Positions 30,139-39,893 of a stretch of 64,000 nt of DNA are shown here, in pieces; the first letter of the stretch is position 1; each line of letters opens with the position of its first letter. Position numbers and translations under genes: made by a program. Source of the DNA: Vulcanimicrobiota bacterium (GTDB lineage: Bacteria; Vulcanimicrobiota; Vulcanimicrobiia; Vulcanimicrobiales; Vulcanimicrobiaceae); assembly GCA_003135555.1 (NCBI GenBank), contig PLCF01000014.1:12320-76319 (forward strand), in the 5' to 3' direction. The notes beneath the pieces are model-generated. The model did not search any database and was not told the origin of the DNA. It was given only the letters and a program-made list of their open reading frames with translations.

Positions 30139-33100
30139 GTGCGCACTCTCCTTCGTGCAAGCGCGGCCTTCGCTTTTGCGTACCTATCGTTCGTCGGACC
30201 CGCAAGCGCGGCGACGGAGCCGGTAGTCGCGCAAGCCTCGGCTACTCAAGGCACGCTGAACGGCCGCGTCACCGATCCTCGCGGGAATCCCGTCGCCGGC
30301 GCAGCCGTGTCGGTCACGGGACCCGGTCCTACGTCCACCGCGACGACGGACAACGACGGACGCTTCACGTTCAATCTCCCGCCGGGTGTTTACACCGTCA
30401 CCGTCAACCGCGGCGGATTCGAGACGGCCCAGAACGACATCTCGATCGTGGCCGGCACGCGCATCGCGTTGGCCGTCCCGCTGCAGGAGACGAACCTCTC
30501 GAACCTGCGCGTCATCGGACGCGTGAGCACCAACTCACAGCGCGCGCAGCTCAACACATCGGAATCGTCAGTGTCGACGCTTCCGCCGCTCGAGATCGCG
30601 CTGCGGCAGAACAATACCCTTACCGATACCGTCGCAACGCTGCCGGGTGTGGTCGTGCAGCGTACGTTCTCCGCGACGCCGAACACGAACTTCGTCGTGC
30701 GCGGCGCGGGCGCGCAAACCCGCGTCACCATCGACGGCCACCCGGTGAGCTCCGGGATCTTCGGCCAGTGGAACACCAACTACGCCACCTCGGGGATCTT
30801 CAACGACGTCGAAGTCGTGAAGGGCACCGGCCTCAACGGCGCGCTCGCCGGTGAGTCCGCGGTCGGCACCGTGAACCTGCGGACGCGGGACTTCACCACC
30901 AAGAATTCGTACGGGCTGCAGATCGGCGCCGACAGCTATACCGGCGGCATCTACAACGCGTTCGCCGACGTGAACTTCTTGAAAGGCAAGGCGAGCCTCA
31001 TCGTCGCCAAGTCGTTCATCGGGTTCAACGGTCCGTGGAACCTGGCGTTCAACAACCGCTCCGGCAACAACAACCTGTCGTCGCAGCCGGTCGCGCTCAA
31101 CCAGCCGCAGAGCTTCATCGGTCTCGATCAGTGGCAGGGAGACTTCTCCAACCGCTACGGCCTCCAGGCCGAGCTCGCCAAGCTGCGTTACCGGTTCAGC
31201 GAGACCACCTCGGTCACGCTGGAATACCTGGGGATGCAGGGCCAGTATCAGCCGCAAGGCGGAGCCTACGGCACGTTCCAGGGCAACATGACGATGCAGG
31301 CATGCCAAACCGGCGCCGCGTTCCAGCCCACGCTCGCGACGTGCACTTCGCAGTCCACGTACACCGCGCCGTACACGTTCAACCAAATCGGCAACACCGT
31401 GCCCGCGTACCAGTGGTTCCCCAACTCGTTCATCCAGAACAACGAACCGCAGTTCGCGGCCGAGTTCCGCACGGCGATCAAGAACGACACGATCCTGTTC
31501 CGGCCGTACACGCACCTCATCAACCGCTACATCAGCGGCGTGCGCGAGAACGACTACCCGGGCAACGGCGGCGGCTGGTTTGCCGTCACCAACGTGGCGA
31601 ACTGCCAAGTGAAGTTCATCACTCCGGGAACGGCGGGTGGACCGGCGACCGGCGCGGCCGGCCCGTGCTTCCCGTCCACGACGGGCCCCGCCGGCGCTTC
31701 GTACGTCGGCGCCGACCCGACCGGTCGCCAGTTCCTGACCACGCCCAGCGCCCCGGTGTGCAGCGCGGCACCGCCGTTCACGTGCTTCACGACGACGACG
31801 GGGATCCAAAACGACGGGACGTTCGGGTACGGAACGCCGTTCAGCCAGCCCGAGGTCGACCGGCTCAACGGCTACACGCTGAGCTGGATCCATCCCGCGG
31901 GCAACAACCTCTTCAACTTCAGCGTCGACTACCGTAAGGACTTCGCCCAGTCGCAGAGCAGCGATCAGAGCCAGGCTGCGGCCGGCTGTCAGTTCGTGAT
32001 CGGCTCGGTCACGGGCGCCGCCGTCTCGAACTTCCAGCCGGGATGCTCGACGGCCCAGTTCCCGCTCGCGGGATCTCCCTACACCCGCTACAACCTCTTA
32101 CCGCGCTCGGCGATCGGTACGCCGCCGACCGTTTCGCAGTACACCGACTTTGCGCTCACCGGAACGTTCCATCTCGGTGACAAGCTGACCCTAGCGATCG
32201 GGAACTACCTCGAGCTCTACAAGCTCAACGCGCAGATCGAGAACCCGACCGTTCTGGCCCAATACGCCGCTCTGGGCAACGCTCAAGCCTCCCCGGTGGC
32301 GCTGGTGACCCGGACGCAAAGCTACACCCACTACGACCCGCACATCGGGCTGGAGTATCGCGTCAACCGCGACCTGAGCCTGCGGGCCAACGGCGGGTCG
32401 TCGATCACCCAACCGTGGCCGGGGATCGTCTCCGGGTTCGGTTCGATCACCCTGCCCAACGCGGCGAACGGCGGCAACTACACCAACACCATCCCGAACT
32501 TCGCTCTGACGCCCGAGACGACGGTCGCGTACGACCTCGGGTTCGACCAACGGCTGCACGACACCGGGATCCTGTCGTTCGACCTCTACGACATCACCAT
32601 CCACGACGTGTTCCTCTCCAACACGACGAACCTCGGAACGATCGCGAACACCTGCGGTCCGGGCAACGGTGGACCGTTCCCCAACGCACTGTGCTTGCAG
32701 TCGAACAACATCAACGGGCCGATCCAGCGCACCTACGGAGCCGAGCTCGCGGTCACCAAGAATCCCATCAACGGCTGGGGCTACTACCTCTCCGCGACCC
32801 TGGCCCGCACCTACTACGATCAGCTTCCGCTGAGCATCTACTTCGCCAACACCACGAACAACAACGGAAACTTCAACGTCAGCGGGGCGCAGATCTTCGG
32901 CAACCCGTTCTTCAAGTCGTACGCTCAGCTGCTGTACGCGGACCCGCGCGGGACCGTGTTCGAGCTGGGAGCCGACTACGAAGGTCCCGACAACTCGACG
33001 TTCGGCCCGCCGTTCGTCCTGTGGGATGCGGCTGCACGCATCCCGGTCGCGAAGCACCTCAACCTGCAGATCTCGGCCCAGAACCTCTTCAACCTCAACA

Positions 33101-33255
33101 CGGGCACGGCGCTCGGACGCAGCCTGGCCAATCAAGGCAACATCGAGCCTACGCTGTACCTCAGCGGCGGGCAGCTGTTGCCGAGCGGCGGGACGACGAA
33201 CATCAACGCGCTGCCGCCGCGTACCATCCGCATGTCGCTCAACTTCGCGATGTAG
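30139..33255 (+). CDS. Large TonB-dependent receptor with Cys-pair loop insertions
   Basis: Signal peptide, carboxypeptidase-like N-domain, VEVVKG...GTVNLRT plug, PET...DLG, QNLFN, PR... Confidence 0.88.
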   Translation: MRTLLRASAAFAFAYLSFVGPASAATEPVVAQASATQGTLNGRVTDPRGNPVAGAAVSVTGPGPTSTATTDNDGRFTFNLPPGVYTVTVNRGGFETAQNDISIVAGTRIALAVPLQETNLSNLRVIGRVSTNSQRAQLNTSESSVSTLPPLEIALRQNNTLTDTVATLPGVVVQRTFSATPNTNFVVRGAGAQTRVTIDGHPVSSGIFGQWNTNYATSGIFNDVEVVKGTGLNGALAGESAVGTVNLRTRDFTTKNSYGLQIGADSYTGGIYNAFADVNFLKGKASLIVAKSFIGFNGPWNLAFNNRSGNNNLSSQPVALNQPQSFIGLDQWQGDFSNRYGLQAELAKLRYRFSETTSVTLEYLGMQGQYQPQGGAYGTFQGNMTMQACQTGAAFQPTLATCTSQSTYTAPYTFNQIGNTVPAYQWFPNSFIQNNEPQFAAEFRTAIKNDTILFRPYTHLINRYISGVRENDYPGNGGGWFAVTNVANCQVKFITPGTAGGPATGAAGPCFPSTTGPAGASYVGADPTGRQFLTTPSAPVCSAAPPFTCFTTTTGIQNDGTFGYGTPFSQPEVDRLNGYTLSWIHPAGNNLFNFSVDYRKDFAQSQSSDQSQAAAGCQFVIGSVTGAAVSNFQPGCSTAQFPLAGSPYTRYNLLPRSAIGTPPTVSQYTDFALTGTFHLGDKLTLAIGNYLELYKLNAQIENPTVLAQYAALGNAQASPVALVTRTQSYTHYDPHIGLEYRVNRDLSLRANGGSSITQPWPGIVSGFGSITLPNAANGGNYTNTIPNFALTPETTVAYDLGFDQRLHDTGILSFDLYDITIHDVFLSNTTNLGTIANTCGPGNGGPFPNALCLQSNNINGPIQRTYGAELAVTKNPINGWGYYLSATLARTYYDQLPLSIYFANTTNNNGNFNVSGAQIFGNPFFKSYAQLLYADPRGTVFELGADYEGPDNSTFGPPFVLWDAAARIPVAKHLNLQISAQNLFNLNTGTALGRSLANQGNIEPTLYLSGGQLLPSGGTTNINALPPRTIRMSLNFAM

Positions 33256-33278
33256 TCGCGACCGCAGCGAACCTGCAC

Positions 33279-33317
33279 GAAGAGGCCCGTCGCGTTCGCG
33301 CGGCGGGCTTCTTCTTT
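33279..33317 (+). terminator. Intrinsic terminator
   Basis: GAAGAGGCCCGTCGCG-TTCG-CGCGGCGGGCTTCTTC followed by TTT. Confidence 0.75.
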
Positions 33318-33337
33318 GCGGCGCCGAAGCGAGCGGC

Positions 33338-33802
33338 GTGCCGCGACACTGGCTCTTCAAGACCGAACCCGAGAGCTTTTCGATCGACGATTTGGAGCGC
33401 GTCGGCCGCGAGGAATGGTCGGGCGTGCGCAGCTTCCAGGCGCGTAACCTGATGCGCGAGATGCAACCCGGCGACCTGGGCTTCTTCTACCATTCCAGCA
33501 CCCAGCCGCCGGGGATCGTCGGCGTCTGCGAGGTGCTCGGCGCGGCGCACCCCGACTCGACGCAGTTCGCGAAGCGCAGCGAGTACTACGATCGCACCTC
33601 GAAGCGGGAAGCCCCTAAGTGGTGGTGCGTCGACGTCGGCTTCGTGCGCCGGCTACCGCGAATGGTGACGCTCGCCGAACTGCGCGCCATCCCGGCGTTG
33701 GCGTTCATGCCGCTGCTGCGGCGCGGGCAACGCCTTTCGGTGCAGCCGGTCTCACCCCAAGAGTGGGCCCTGATCCTCGCGCTCGTCGGTCAGACGGTTT
33801 GA
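33338..33802 (+). CDS. EVE domain protein (THYN1-like)
   Basis: WLFKTEP..FSIDDL, WSGVRSFQARN, FFYHS, RLSVQPV. Confidence 0.92.
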   Translation: MPRHWLFKTEPESFSIDDLERVGREEWSGVRSFQARNLMREMQPGDLGFFYHSSTQPPGIVGVCEVLGAAHPDSTQFAKRSEYYDRTSKREAPKWWCVDVGFVRRLPRMVTLAELRAIPALAFMPLLRRGQRLSVQPVSPQEWALILALVGQTV

Positions 33803-35904
33803 TAGCGTTGCAAGAGGATCTGCTGCGCGTCGACACGCTCCTCGCCCGGTAGGATGCGGCGGCGCTCGTAGCCGCCGTCCGAGCGCAGGACGCGTGCTTT
33901 GACGTTGTCGGCCAAGAGCACGTCGAGGATCTCGGTGCGGATGAACTCGCCCAAGACGGGATCGAGCACCGGCACGACGCTCTCGACGCGGCGGTCGAGG
34001 TTGCGGCCCATCCAGTCGGCGCTGCCGACGAAGACTTCGTAGTCGCCGCCGTTGGTGAAGACGAACATGCGCGAGTGCTCCAAGAAGCGTCCCACGATGC
34101 TGCGCACGCGAATCGTCTCGCTCACCCCCAGCACGCCCGGCCGAATCACGCACATCCCGCGCACGATGAGCTCGATCGGCACGCCGGCGCGCGACGCGCG
34201 GTAGAGGCGCTGCACGATCCCGGCGTCGCTGATCGCGTTGAGCTTGGCGACGATCCCGCTCGGCCGGCCGGCCTCCGCGTGCGCAGTCTCGCGGTCGATC
34301 AGCTCCTCGAAACCGCTGCGCAGGCTGGTCGGCGCGACCATGAGCTGCTCGTAACTGTCGGCCTTCGAGAACCCGGTCAGCGCGTTGAAGAGCTGCGTCG
34401 CGTCGGCACCGAGATCGGCGCGGCACGTGAATAGGCTCAGATCGGTGTACGTGCGGGCGGTCTTGTCGTTGTAGTTCCCGGTCCCGAAGTGCATGTAGCG
34501 CCGGATGCCGTCGGGCTCGTTGCGCACGACCAGCGTCACCTTGGCGTGCGTCTTGAGGTTGGCCAAACCGTAGACGACGTGCACGCCGGCGCGCTCGAGC
34601 ATTCGCGCCCAGTGGATGTTGTTCTCTTCGTCGAAGCGCGCCTTGAGCTCGATGAGCGCGGCGACCTGGGTCCCGTTCTCGGCGGCGTCGACGAGCGCGC
34701 CGACGACCGGGGAGTTTCCCGACGTGCGGTACAGGGTCTGCTTGATCGCCAGCACGTTGGGGTCGTTCGCCGCCTGTTGCACGAACTGCACGACCGGGTC
34801 GAACGACTCGTAGGGGTGGTGCAACAGGACGTCGCCTTCGCGGATGAGCGCGAACAGGTCGGTCTGCCCGATGAGCCGTTTGGGGATCGCGGGCGTGAAC
34901 GGCGGGTCGTGGAGATCCGGCTCGTCGAGGTTCACCAGCGTCCACAGGTCGGCGGTCCCCATCATCCCGTCGACCTCGTAGCAATCGCCGCGGTCGAGTT
35001 CGAGCGCTTCGAGCACCATGTCGCGTAGGCCGTCGGGCATTCCGGGCTCGACTTCGAGCCGCACCGGCTCGCCGAAACGGCGCTTGCGCAGCTCGGACTC
35101 GATGGCGCGCAGCAGATCGTCGGCTTCGTCTTCCTGAAGGTCCAAGTCGGCGTCGCGGGTGACGCGGAACAGGTACGATGCCGTCACGCGCAGCCCGGGG
35201 AAAAGCGCCTCCATGTTGTGCGCGATGATGTCTTCGAGCATCACGAACCAGCGCTGACCGCGCGGCGCCGACTCGACGGGGACGAAGCGCGGCAGCGAGC
35301 CGGGCACCTTCACCCGCGCGACGTAGGTGATCGGACCGTCGGGCGTGGTTTCCTCGAGCTCGACCGCCAGCGAGATCGAGAGGTTGGAGATGTACGGGAA
35401 GGGGTGCCCCTTGTCGATCGCCAGCGGGGTCAGCACCGGGAACACGCGCTCCTCGAAGTAGCGGCGCATCGTGCGCGCCGTGTTCGTGTCGAGCTGGTCG
35501 TAGGCCAGGACGCGAATCCCGTGCCGCTCCATCGCGGGGAAGAGTTGGTTCTCGAGGCAGTCCGTCATGCGCGCGACGGAGCGTCGCAGGTGGTGGCTCA
35601 CCAGATCGAGCTGTTCTTCGGGCGTGTGGCCGTCGTCGGAGCGCTTGTGGACCTCGGCGGCGAGCTGCTGCATCAAGCCGGCGATGCGGATCATGAAGAA
35701 CTCGTCGAGGTTGGTACCGTAGATCGCGATGAACTTGACCCGCTCGAGCAGCGGGTTCCGCTCGTCGAGGGCCTCCTCCAGGACGCGGTCGTTGAACTCC
35801 AGCCACGAGGTTTCGCGATTGATGTAGAGTGAGGGATCGTCGAGCGCGATCGGGGCGATGGGGGGTGGGCGGAGCTCTGCGCCGACCTGCGAACCGGTGA
35901 GCAT
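33790..35904 (-). CDS. ppk1: Polyphosphate kinase 1
   Basis: NRETSWLEFN.RVL, NLDEFF, LHHPYESF, ELKARFDE, GRFLEHSR; alternative start at 35925. Confidence 0.97.
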   Translation of the reverse strand: MLTGSQVGAELRPPPIAPIALDDPSLYINRETSWLEFNDRVLEEALDERNPLLERVKFIAIYGTNLDEFFMIRIAGLMQQLAAEVHKRSDDGHTPEEQLDLVSHHLRRSVARMTDCLENQLFPAMERHGIRVLAYDQLDTNTARTMRRYFEERVFPVLTPLAIDKGHPFPYISNLSISLAVELEETTPDGPITYVARVKVPGSLPRFVPVESAPRGQRWFVMLEDIIAHNMEALFPGLRVTASYLFRVTRDADLDLQEDEADDLLRAIESELRKRRFGEPVRLEVEPGMPDGLRDMVLEALELDRGDCYEVDGMMGTADLWTLVNLDEPDLHDPPFTPAIPKRLIGQTDLFALIREGDVLLHHPYESFDPVVQFVQQAANDPNVLAIKQTLYRTSGNSPVVGALVDAAENGTQVAALIELKARFDEENNIHWARMLERAGVHVVYGLANLKTHAKVTLVVRNEPDGIRRYMHFGTGNYNDKTARTYTDLSLFTCRADLGADATQLFNALTGFSKADSYEQLMVAPTSLRSGFEELIDRETAHAEAGRPSGIVAKLNAISDAGIVQRLYRASRAGVPIELIVRGMCVIRPGVLGVSETIRVRSIVGRFLEHSRMFVFTNGGDYEVFVGSADWMGRNLDRRVESVVPVLDPVLGEFIRTEILDVLLADNVKARVLRSDGGYERRRILPGEERVDAQQILLQRYQTV

Positions 35905-35925
35905 GGTCTCTTCTAGGTTCGGCAT

Positions 35926-36519
35926 TTGAGCGCCGACTTCATCGCCCACGTCGGCGCGCACGTCGCGCTGGCCGGGTCTGCGCTCATCGTCGCGCTGGCG
36001 ATCGGGATCCCGCTGGCCGGCGTGGCGGCCGATCGCGCCCTCGCCCGCGGCGTCCTGCTGGCCCTCGCGGGCGGGTTTCGCGTGGTCCCATCGCTCGCCG
36101 TCCTCACGCTTGCCCTGCCACTGCTGGGGTTGGGTTTTCGCCCGGCGCTGCTCGCCCTGGTCGTCCTCGCGCTGCCGCCGATCCTGGTCAACACCGACGT
36201 CGGTTTGCGCGCGGTTCCGCGCGCCACGCTCGAAGCCGCGCGCGGCACCGGGATGACCGAACGCCAGATCGGAGCGCGCGTGCGCTGGCCGCTCGCGCTG
36301 CCGGTGGTCGCCGTCGGCGTTCGGACCGCGGCGGTCGAGGTCATCGCCTCGGCGACGCTAGCCGCGTTCATCGGCGGCGGCGGCCTGGGCGACTACATCG
36401 TCGGCGGCTTGCAGACGTCGAACCTTCCCGAACTCGTTCTGGGCGCCGCCTCCGTCGCGGCGCTCGCACTCCTCGCCGACGCAGCGTTGGGCTACGCACA
36501 AAAGCGTCTCGCCGTCTGA
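35926..36519 (+). CDS. Betaine/osmoprotectant-type ABC transporter permease
   Basis: VPSLA, EAARGTGM loop, ATLAAFIGGGGLG. Confidence 0.9.
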   Translation: MSADFIAHVGAHVALAGSALIVALAIGIPLAGVAADRALARGVLLALAGGFRVVPSLAVLTLALPLLGLGFRPALLALVVLALPPILVNTDVGLRAVPRATLEAARGTGMTERQIGARVRWPLALPVVAVGVRTAAVEVIASATLAAFIGGGGLGDYIVGGLQTSNLPELVLGAASVAALALLADAALGYAQKRLAV

Positions 36520-36529
36520 ACTGAGGTCT

Positions 36530-37417
36530 ATGCAACTCTCACGCGCACGCGCGCTCGCGCTTCTCGCCACCGTTCCGCTTGCAGCCTCGTGCGGAGGTGG
36601 CGGCGATGCCGTCAAGGTCGGATCGAAGAACTTCACCGAGGAGCTGATCCTGGGCGAGCTGTACGCGCAGAGCCTCGAGCACGCCGGACTGCAGGTGGAG
36701 CGCAAGCTGAACCTCGGCACGACCGACATTGCGATGGCCGCGCTCAAGCGTGGCGAGATCGACCTCTACCCGGAATACACCGGGACCGCCTTGCTCGACG
36801 TGCTGAAGCTGCCGCTGATCACCGATCCGAAGCGTTTGTTCGACACGGTGAAGGCCACGTATGCGAAGCAGTTCGATCTGGTCTGGCTCGATCCGGCGCC
36901 GATGAACGACTCGCAGGCGCTCGCCACGACGCAAAAGGTCGCCGGGAACTACGCGCTCGGCACGTTGAGCGACGTCGCGGCGAAGGCGAACGAGTTGCGG
37001 CTCGGGTGCGTGTCGGAGTTTCTTACGCGCCCCGACGCTCTGCCTGGGCTGCAGAAAAAATACGGCGGGTTTCATTTCAAGCAGACGAGGGTCGTCGTGA
37101 ACGGCCTGAAGTATCAGGCGCTCGAGCACGGTGACGTCGACGTCGTGATCGCGTTCTCGACCGAGGGACAGCTCAAGGCCGACAGTCTGGTCGTGCTCGA
37201 GGACGACAAGCATTTCTTCCCGGTCTACAACGTCGCGCCGGTCGTACGCAAAGCGATGATCGACGCGAAGCCCGCACTCGCGGCGCCGCTCAACAAGCTC
37301 GCGCCGCTGCTGACGAACGACGTGGTGCAGAACATGAACCTGCAGGTTGACGGCCCGCAGAAGCGCGAGCCCGCCGACGTGGCGCGTGACTTCCTCAAGC
37401 AGAACGGTCTCGCCTAA
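36530..37417 (+). CDS. Betaine-type ABC substrate-binding lipoprotein (OpuAC/ProX/EgtU-like)
   Basis: Lipobox LAASC, VGSKNFTE, YPEYTGT, LEDDKHFFPVY. Confidence 0.92.
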   Translation: MQLSRARALALLATVPLAASCGGGGDAVKVGSKNFTEELILGELYAQSLEHAGLQVERKLNLGTTDIAMAALKRGEIDLYPEYTGTALLDVLKLPLITDPKRLFDTVKATYAKQFDLVWLDPAPMNDSQALATTQKVAGNYALGTLSDVAAKANELRLGCVSEFLTRPDALPGLQKKYGGFHFKQTRVVVNGLKYQALEHGDVDVVIAFSTEGQLKADSLVVLEDDKHFFPVYNVAPVVRKAMIDAKPALAAPLNKLAPLLTNDVVQNMNLQVDGPQKREPADVARDFLKQNGLA

Positions 37418-38213
37418 CGGCGGCGGCGGCGGCGGCGGCGCGCGCGTCGAGCTGCGCGCGCTCGGCGTCCGCTACCCCAACGCCGCTGCGGCGGCGGTCC
37501 ACGACGTCGATCTCACGATCGAGGCGGGCGAGTTCGCCGTGCTGCTGGGGCCCTCGGGTTGCGGTAAGAGCACGCTGCTGCGCACCCTCAACCGGCTCGT
37601 CGAGCCGACGTCGGGGACGGTCCTCATCGACGGCGGCGACGTGCGTGAGCGTGACGCGACCGAGCTGCGGCGCGGGATCGGGTACGTGATCCAGGCCGTC
37701 GGCCTGTTCCCGCACTACACCGTGGCCGAGAACGTTTCGATCGTCCCGCAGTTGCTGGGCTGGGATCGAGCGCGCATCGACCGGCGCGTCGACGAGCTGC
37801 TCGCGTTGATCCGCCTCGATCCGGCCGAGTACCGCGATCGCAAGCCGCGCCAGCTGTCGGGCGGCGAGGCGCAGCGCGTCGGCGTCGCGCGCGCGCTCGC
37901 GGCCGAGCCACGCGTGCTGCTCATGGACGAACCCTTCGCCGCGGTCGACGCGATCGTGCGGGCCTCGCTGCAGGACGAGATCGCTCGGGTACACCGCGAG
38001 TTGAAGACGACGGTCGTGTTCGTCACCCACGACGTCGACGAGGCGCTGCGCCTCGCCGATCGCGTCGTGGTGATGAACGCCGGTCACGTCGTGCAGACCG
38101 GCCCGCCCGGCGAGATCCTCGAACGCCCCGCCGACGATTTCGTGCGCCACCTCGTCGGCGTCGACGCGGAGACGCGCCGTTTGGCGACCGAACGTCCGCT
38201 CATCGAACGATGA
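37386..38213 (+). CDS. ABC transporter ATP-binding subunit (OpuBA/ProV-like)
   Basis: GPSGCGKS, LSGGE, LLMDEPF, VTHD; start uncertain. Confidence 0.92.
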   Translation: MTSSSRTVSPNGGGGGGGARVELRALGVRYPNAAAAAVHDVDLTIEAGEFAVLLGPSGCGKSTLLRTLNRLVEPTSGTVLIDGGDVRERDATELRRGIGYVIQAVGLFPHYTVAENVSIVPQLLGWDRARIDRRVDELLALIRLDPAEYRDRKPRQLSGGEAQRVGVARALAAEPRVLLMDEPFAAVDAIVRASLQDEIARVHRELKTTVVFVTHDVDEALRLADRVVVMNAGHVVQTGPPGEILERPADDFVRHLVGVDAETRRLATERPLIER

Positions 38214-38829
38214 GCGGCGCGACCTCGTGCGGGGCTGCGAAGACGTGATCGGCAGCGGCGAGTTCGGCGGCGGAGCCGTAGCCCCAGGCCGCGCCCCAGG
38301 CGACGACCGCATTGTCGCGCGCGGCGGTGATATCGAGCGCGCGGTCGCCGATGTGCGCGACCGCGCAACCCGGCGCGATCCCTTCTGCGGCGAGGGCGTG
38401 AGCGAGCAGCTCGCCTTTGTCGATGCGCGTGCCGTCGAGCTCGCTGCCGTAGACGCGCTCGAAGGCACCCGCCAGCCCGAGCCGCCGCACGATCGGCAGC
38501 GCGTAGACGCGCGGCTTCGAGGTGCACACGAACAGGCGCGCGGCGCGGCCCGCGATCGCCAGCATCTCGACGACGCCCGGATAGACGACGTTCTCGAACA
38601 TGCCGGCGGCGCCGTAGCGCAAGCGAAAGCGCCGCACGATCTCATCGGCGACAGCTTCGTCGAAGCGCGCTCGCATCGCGAGCTGCAGCGGCGGCCCGAT
38701 CAGCGTGCGCATCTCCGTTGCGTCGGGCGCCGGCAAGCCCAGGCCGTCGTACGCGAAGGTGAGCGAGCGTGCGACGCCTTCGTAGGGGTCGGTCAGCGTC
38801 CCGTCGAGATCGAAGAACACCGCCTCCAT
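38200..38829 (-). CDS. HAD-superfamily phosphatase
   Basis: FFDLDGTLTD, IGPPL, CTSKP, HIGDR..D. Confidence 0.9.
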   Translation of the reverse strand: MEAVFFDLDGTLTDPYEGVARSLTFAYDGLGLPAPDATEMRTLIGPPLQLAMRARFDEAVADEIVRRFRLRYGAAGMFENVVYPGVVEMLAIAGRAARLFVCTSKPRVYALPIVRRLGLAGAFERVYGSELDGTRIDKGELLAHALAAEGIAPGCAVAHIGDRALDITAARDNAVVAWGAAWGYGSAAELAAADHVFAAPHEVAPLIVR

Positions 38830-38852
38830 TGCGCCCGAGGATACCACAACCG

Positions 38853-39464
38853 GTGACCTACGTCGCCGCGCACCTCGATCGCATCGGCGCGCTGCTCGGC
38901 GAGCACGTCGTGCTCGTCGTGTCGTCCCTGGTCGTGGCGCTGCTCATCGCGCTGCCGCTGGGGATCGTCGCGGCGCGCAATGCGCGCGCCGGCGGGGCGA
39001 TCCTGGCCGTCACCGGAGCGATCTACACCATCCCCAGCCTCGCGCTGCTGGCGCTGCTCGTCGCCGCACTCGGGCTGGGTCGCATCACGGCCATTGTGGC
39101 GCTGGTCGCGTACGCGCAGATGATCCTGATCCGCGGGATCGTGGCGGGCTTGCGCGGCGTCGACCCCGCGCTCGTCGACGCCGCGCGCGGGCTCGGGCTC
39201 ACCGCGCGCCAGACCTTGCTGCGCGTCGAGTTCCCCGCCGCGCTGCCGGTCGTCCTCGGCGGCGTGCGCGTTGCCACGGTCTCGCTCGTCGCGCTGGCGA
39301 CGGTCGCGGCGTGGATCAACGCCGGCGGCCTGGGCGTGCTGCTCTTCGAAGGGATCGGCACCAACAACCCGCAGAAGATCGTCGCCGGCGCGCTGGCCGC
39401 CGCGGCGCTGGCGATCGCCGCGGACTTGGCGCTACGCGCCGCGGAACGCGCGGTGCGCACCTGA
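38853..39464 (+). CDS. Second betaine-type ABC transporter permease
   Basis: YTIPSLAL, DAARGLGL, ATVAAWINAGGLG. Confidence 0.9.
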   Translation: MTYVAAHLDRIGALLGEHVVLVVSSLVVALLIALPLGIVAARNARAGGAILAVTGAIYTIPSLALLALLVAALGLGRITAIVALVAYAQMILIRGIVAGLRGVDPALVDAARGLGLTARQTLLRVEFPAALPVVLGGVRVATVSLVALATVAAWINAGGLGVLLFEGIGTNNPQKIVAGALAAAALAIAADLALRAAERAVRT

Positions 39465-39889
39465 AGCCGCTTTTCGGCTACGGCACGTTCCGCAAAGCCG
39501 CTTGGCGCGAAGCGATTCTCGGCGCGGCTTATCCGGCCCATCCCGCGACGTTGCGCGGGTATCGCCGCATCGCGTGCGCGTCCGGATACCTTTCCCTGCG
39601 CGAGACGGTCATCGACGTCGGGCTGATCGAAGGCGTGCTGGTGGAGCTCGACGAGTTGGGGTGGCGGATCGCCGACCAGTGGGAAGAGGTCCCGAAGTAC
39701 TACCGCACCGACGTGCGCGTGAACTCGATGACTGGTCCGGTCGAAGCAGTGGCCTACCTCTGCACCGACGATCGCAACGCGACCCCGGTCGACGACGACT
39801 GCTTCGCGCTCATCACCGACGCCGACGTGGAAGCGGCGATCGGCGTGTTCGGCCCGATGATGCGGGCACTCCGCCGGCGCGCGGGCTGA
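39461..39889 (+). CDS. Gamma-glutamylcyclotransferase (AIG2-like) family protein; probable CTG start
   Basis: LFGYGTF at the N-terminus, PATLRGY, EGVLVE, DQWEE...Y.R. Confidence 0.75.
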   Translation: MKPLFGYGTFRKAAWREAILGAAYPAHPATLRGYRRIACASGYLSLRETVIDVGLIEGVLVELDELGWRIADQWEEVPKYYRTDVRVNSMTGPVEAVAYLCTDDRNATPVDDDCFALITDADVEAAIGVFGPMMRALRRRAG

Positions 39890-39893
39890 CCCG

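Noticed and set aside
22947..33802. Uma2 nuclease and EVE-domain genes as a defence system
   Set aside because: They are about 10 kb apart, each is a common solo gene, and no methylase, ATPase or other defence partner is adjacent.
37417..37442. (GGC)n run at the start of the ABC ATPase as a phase-variable tract
   Set aside because: A triplet repeat encoding poly-Gly would not shift the frame, and such runs are expected at this GC content.
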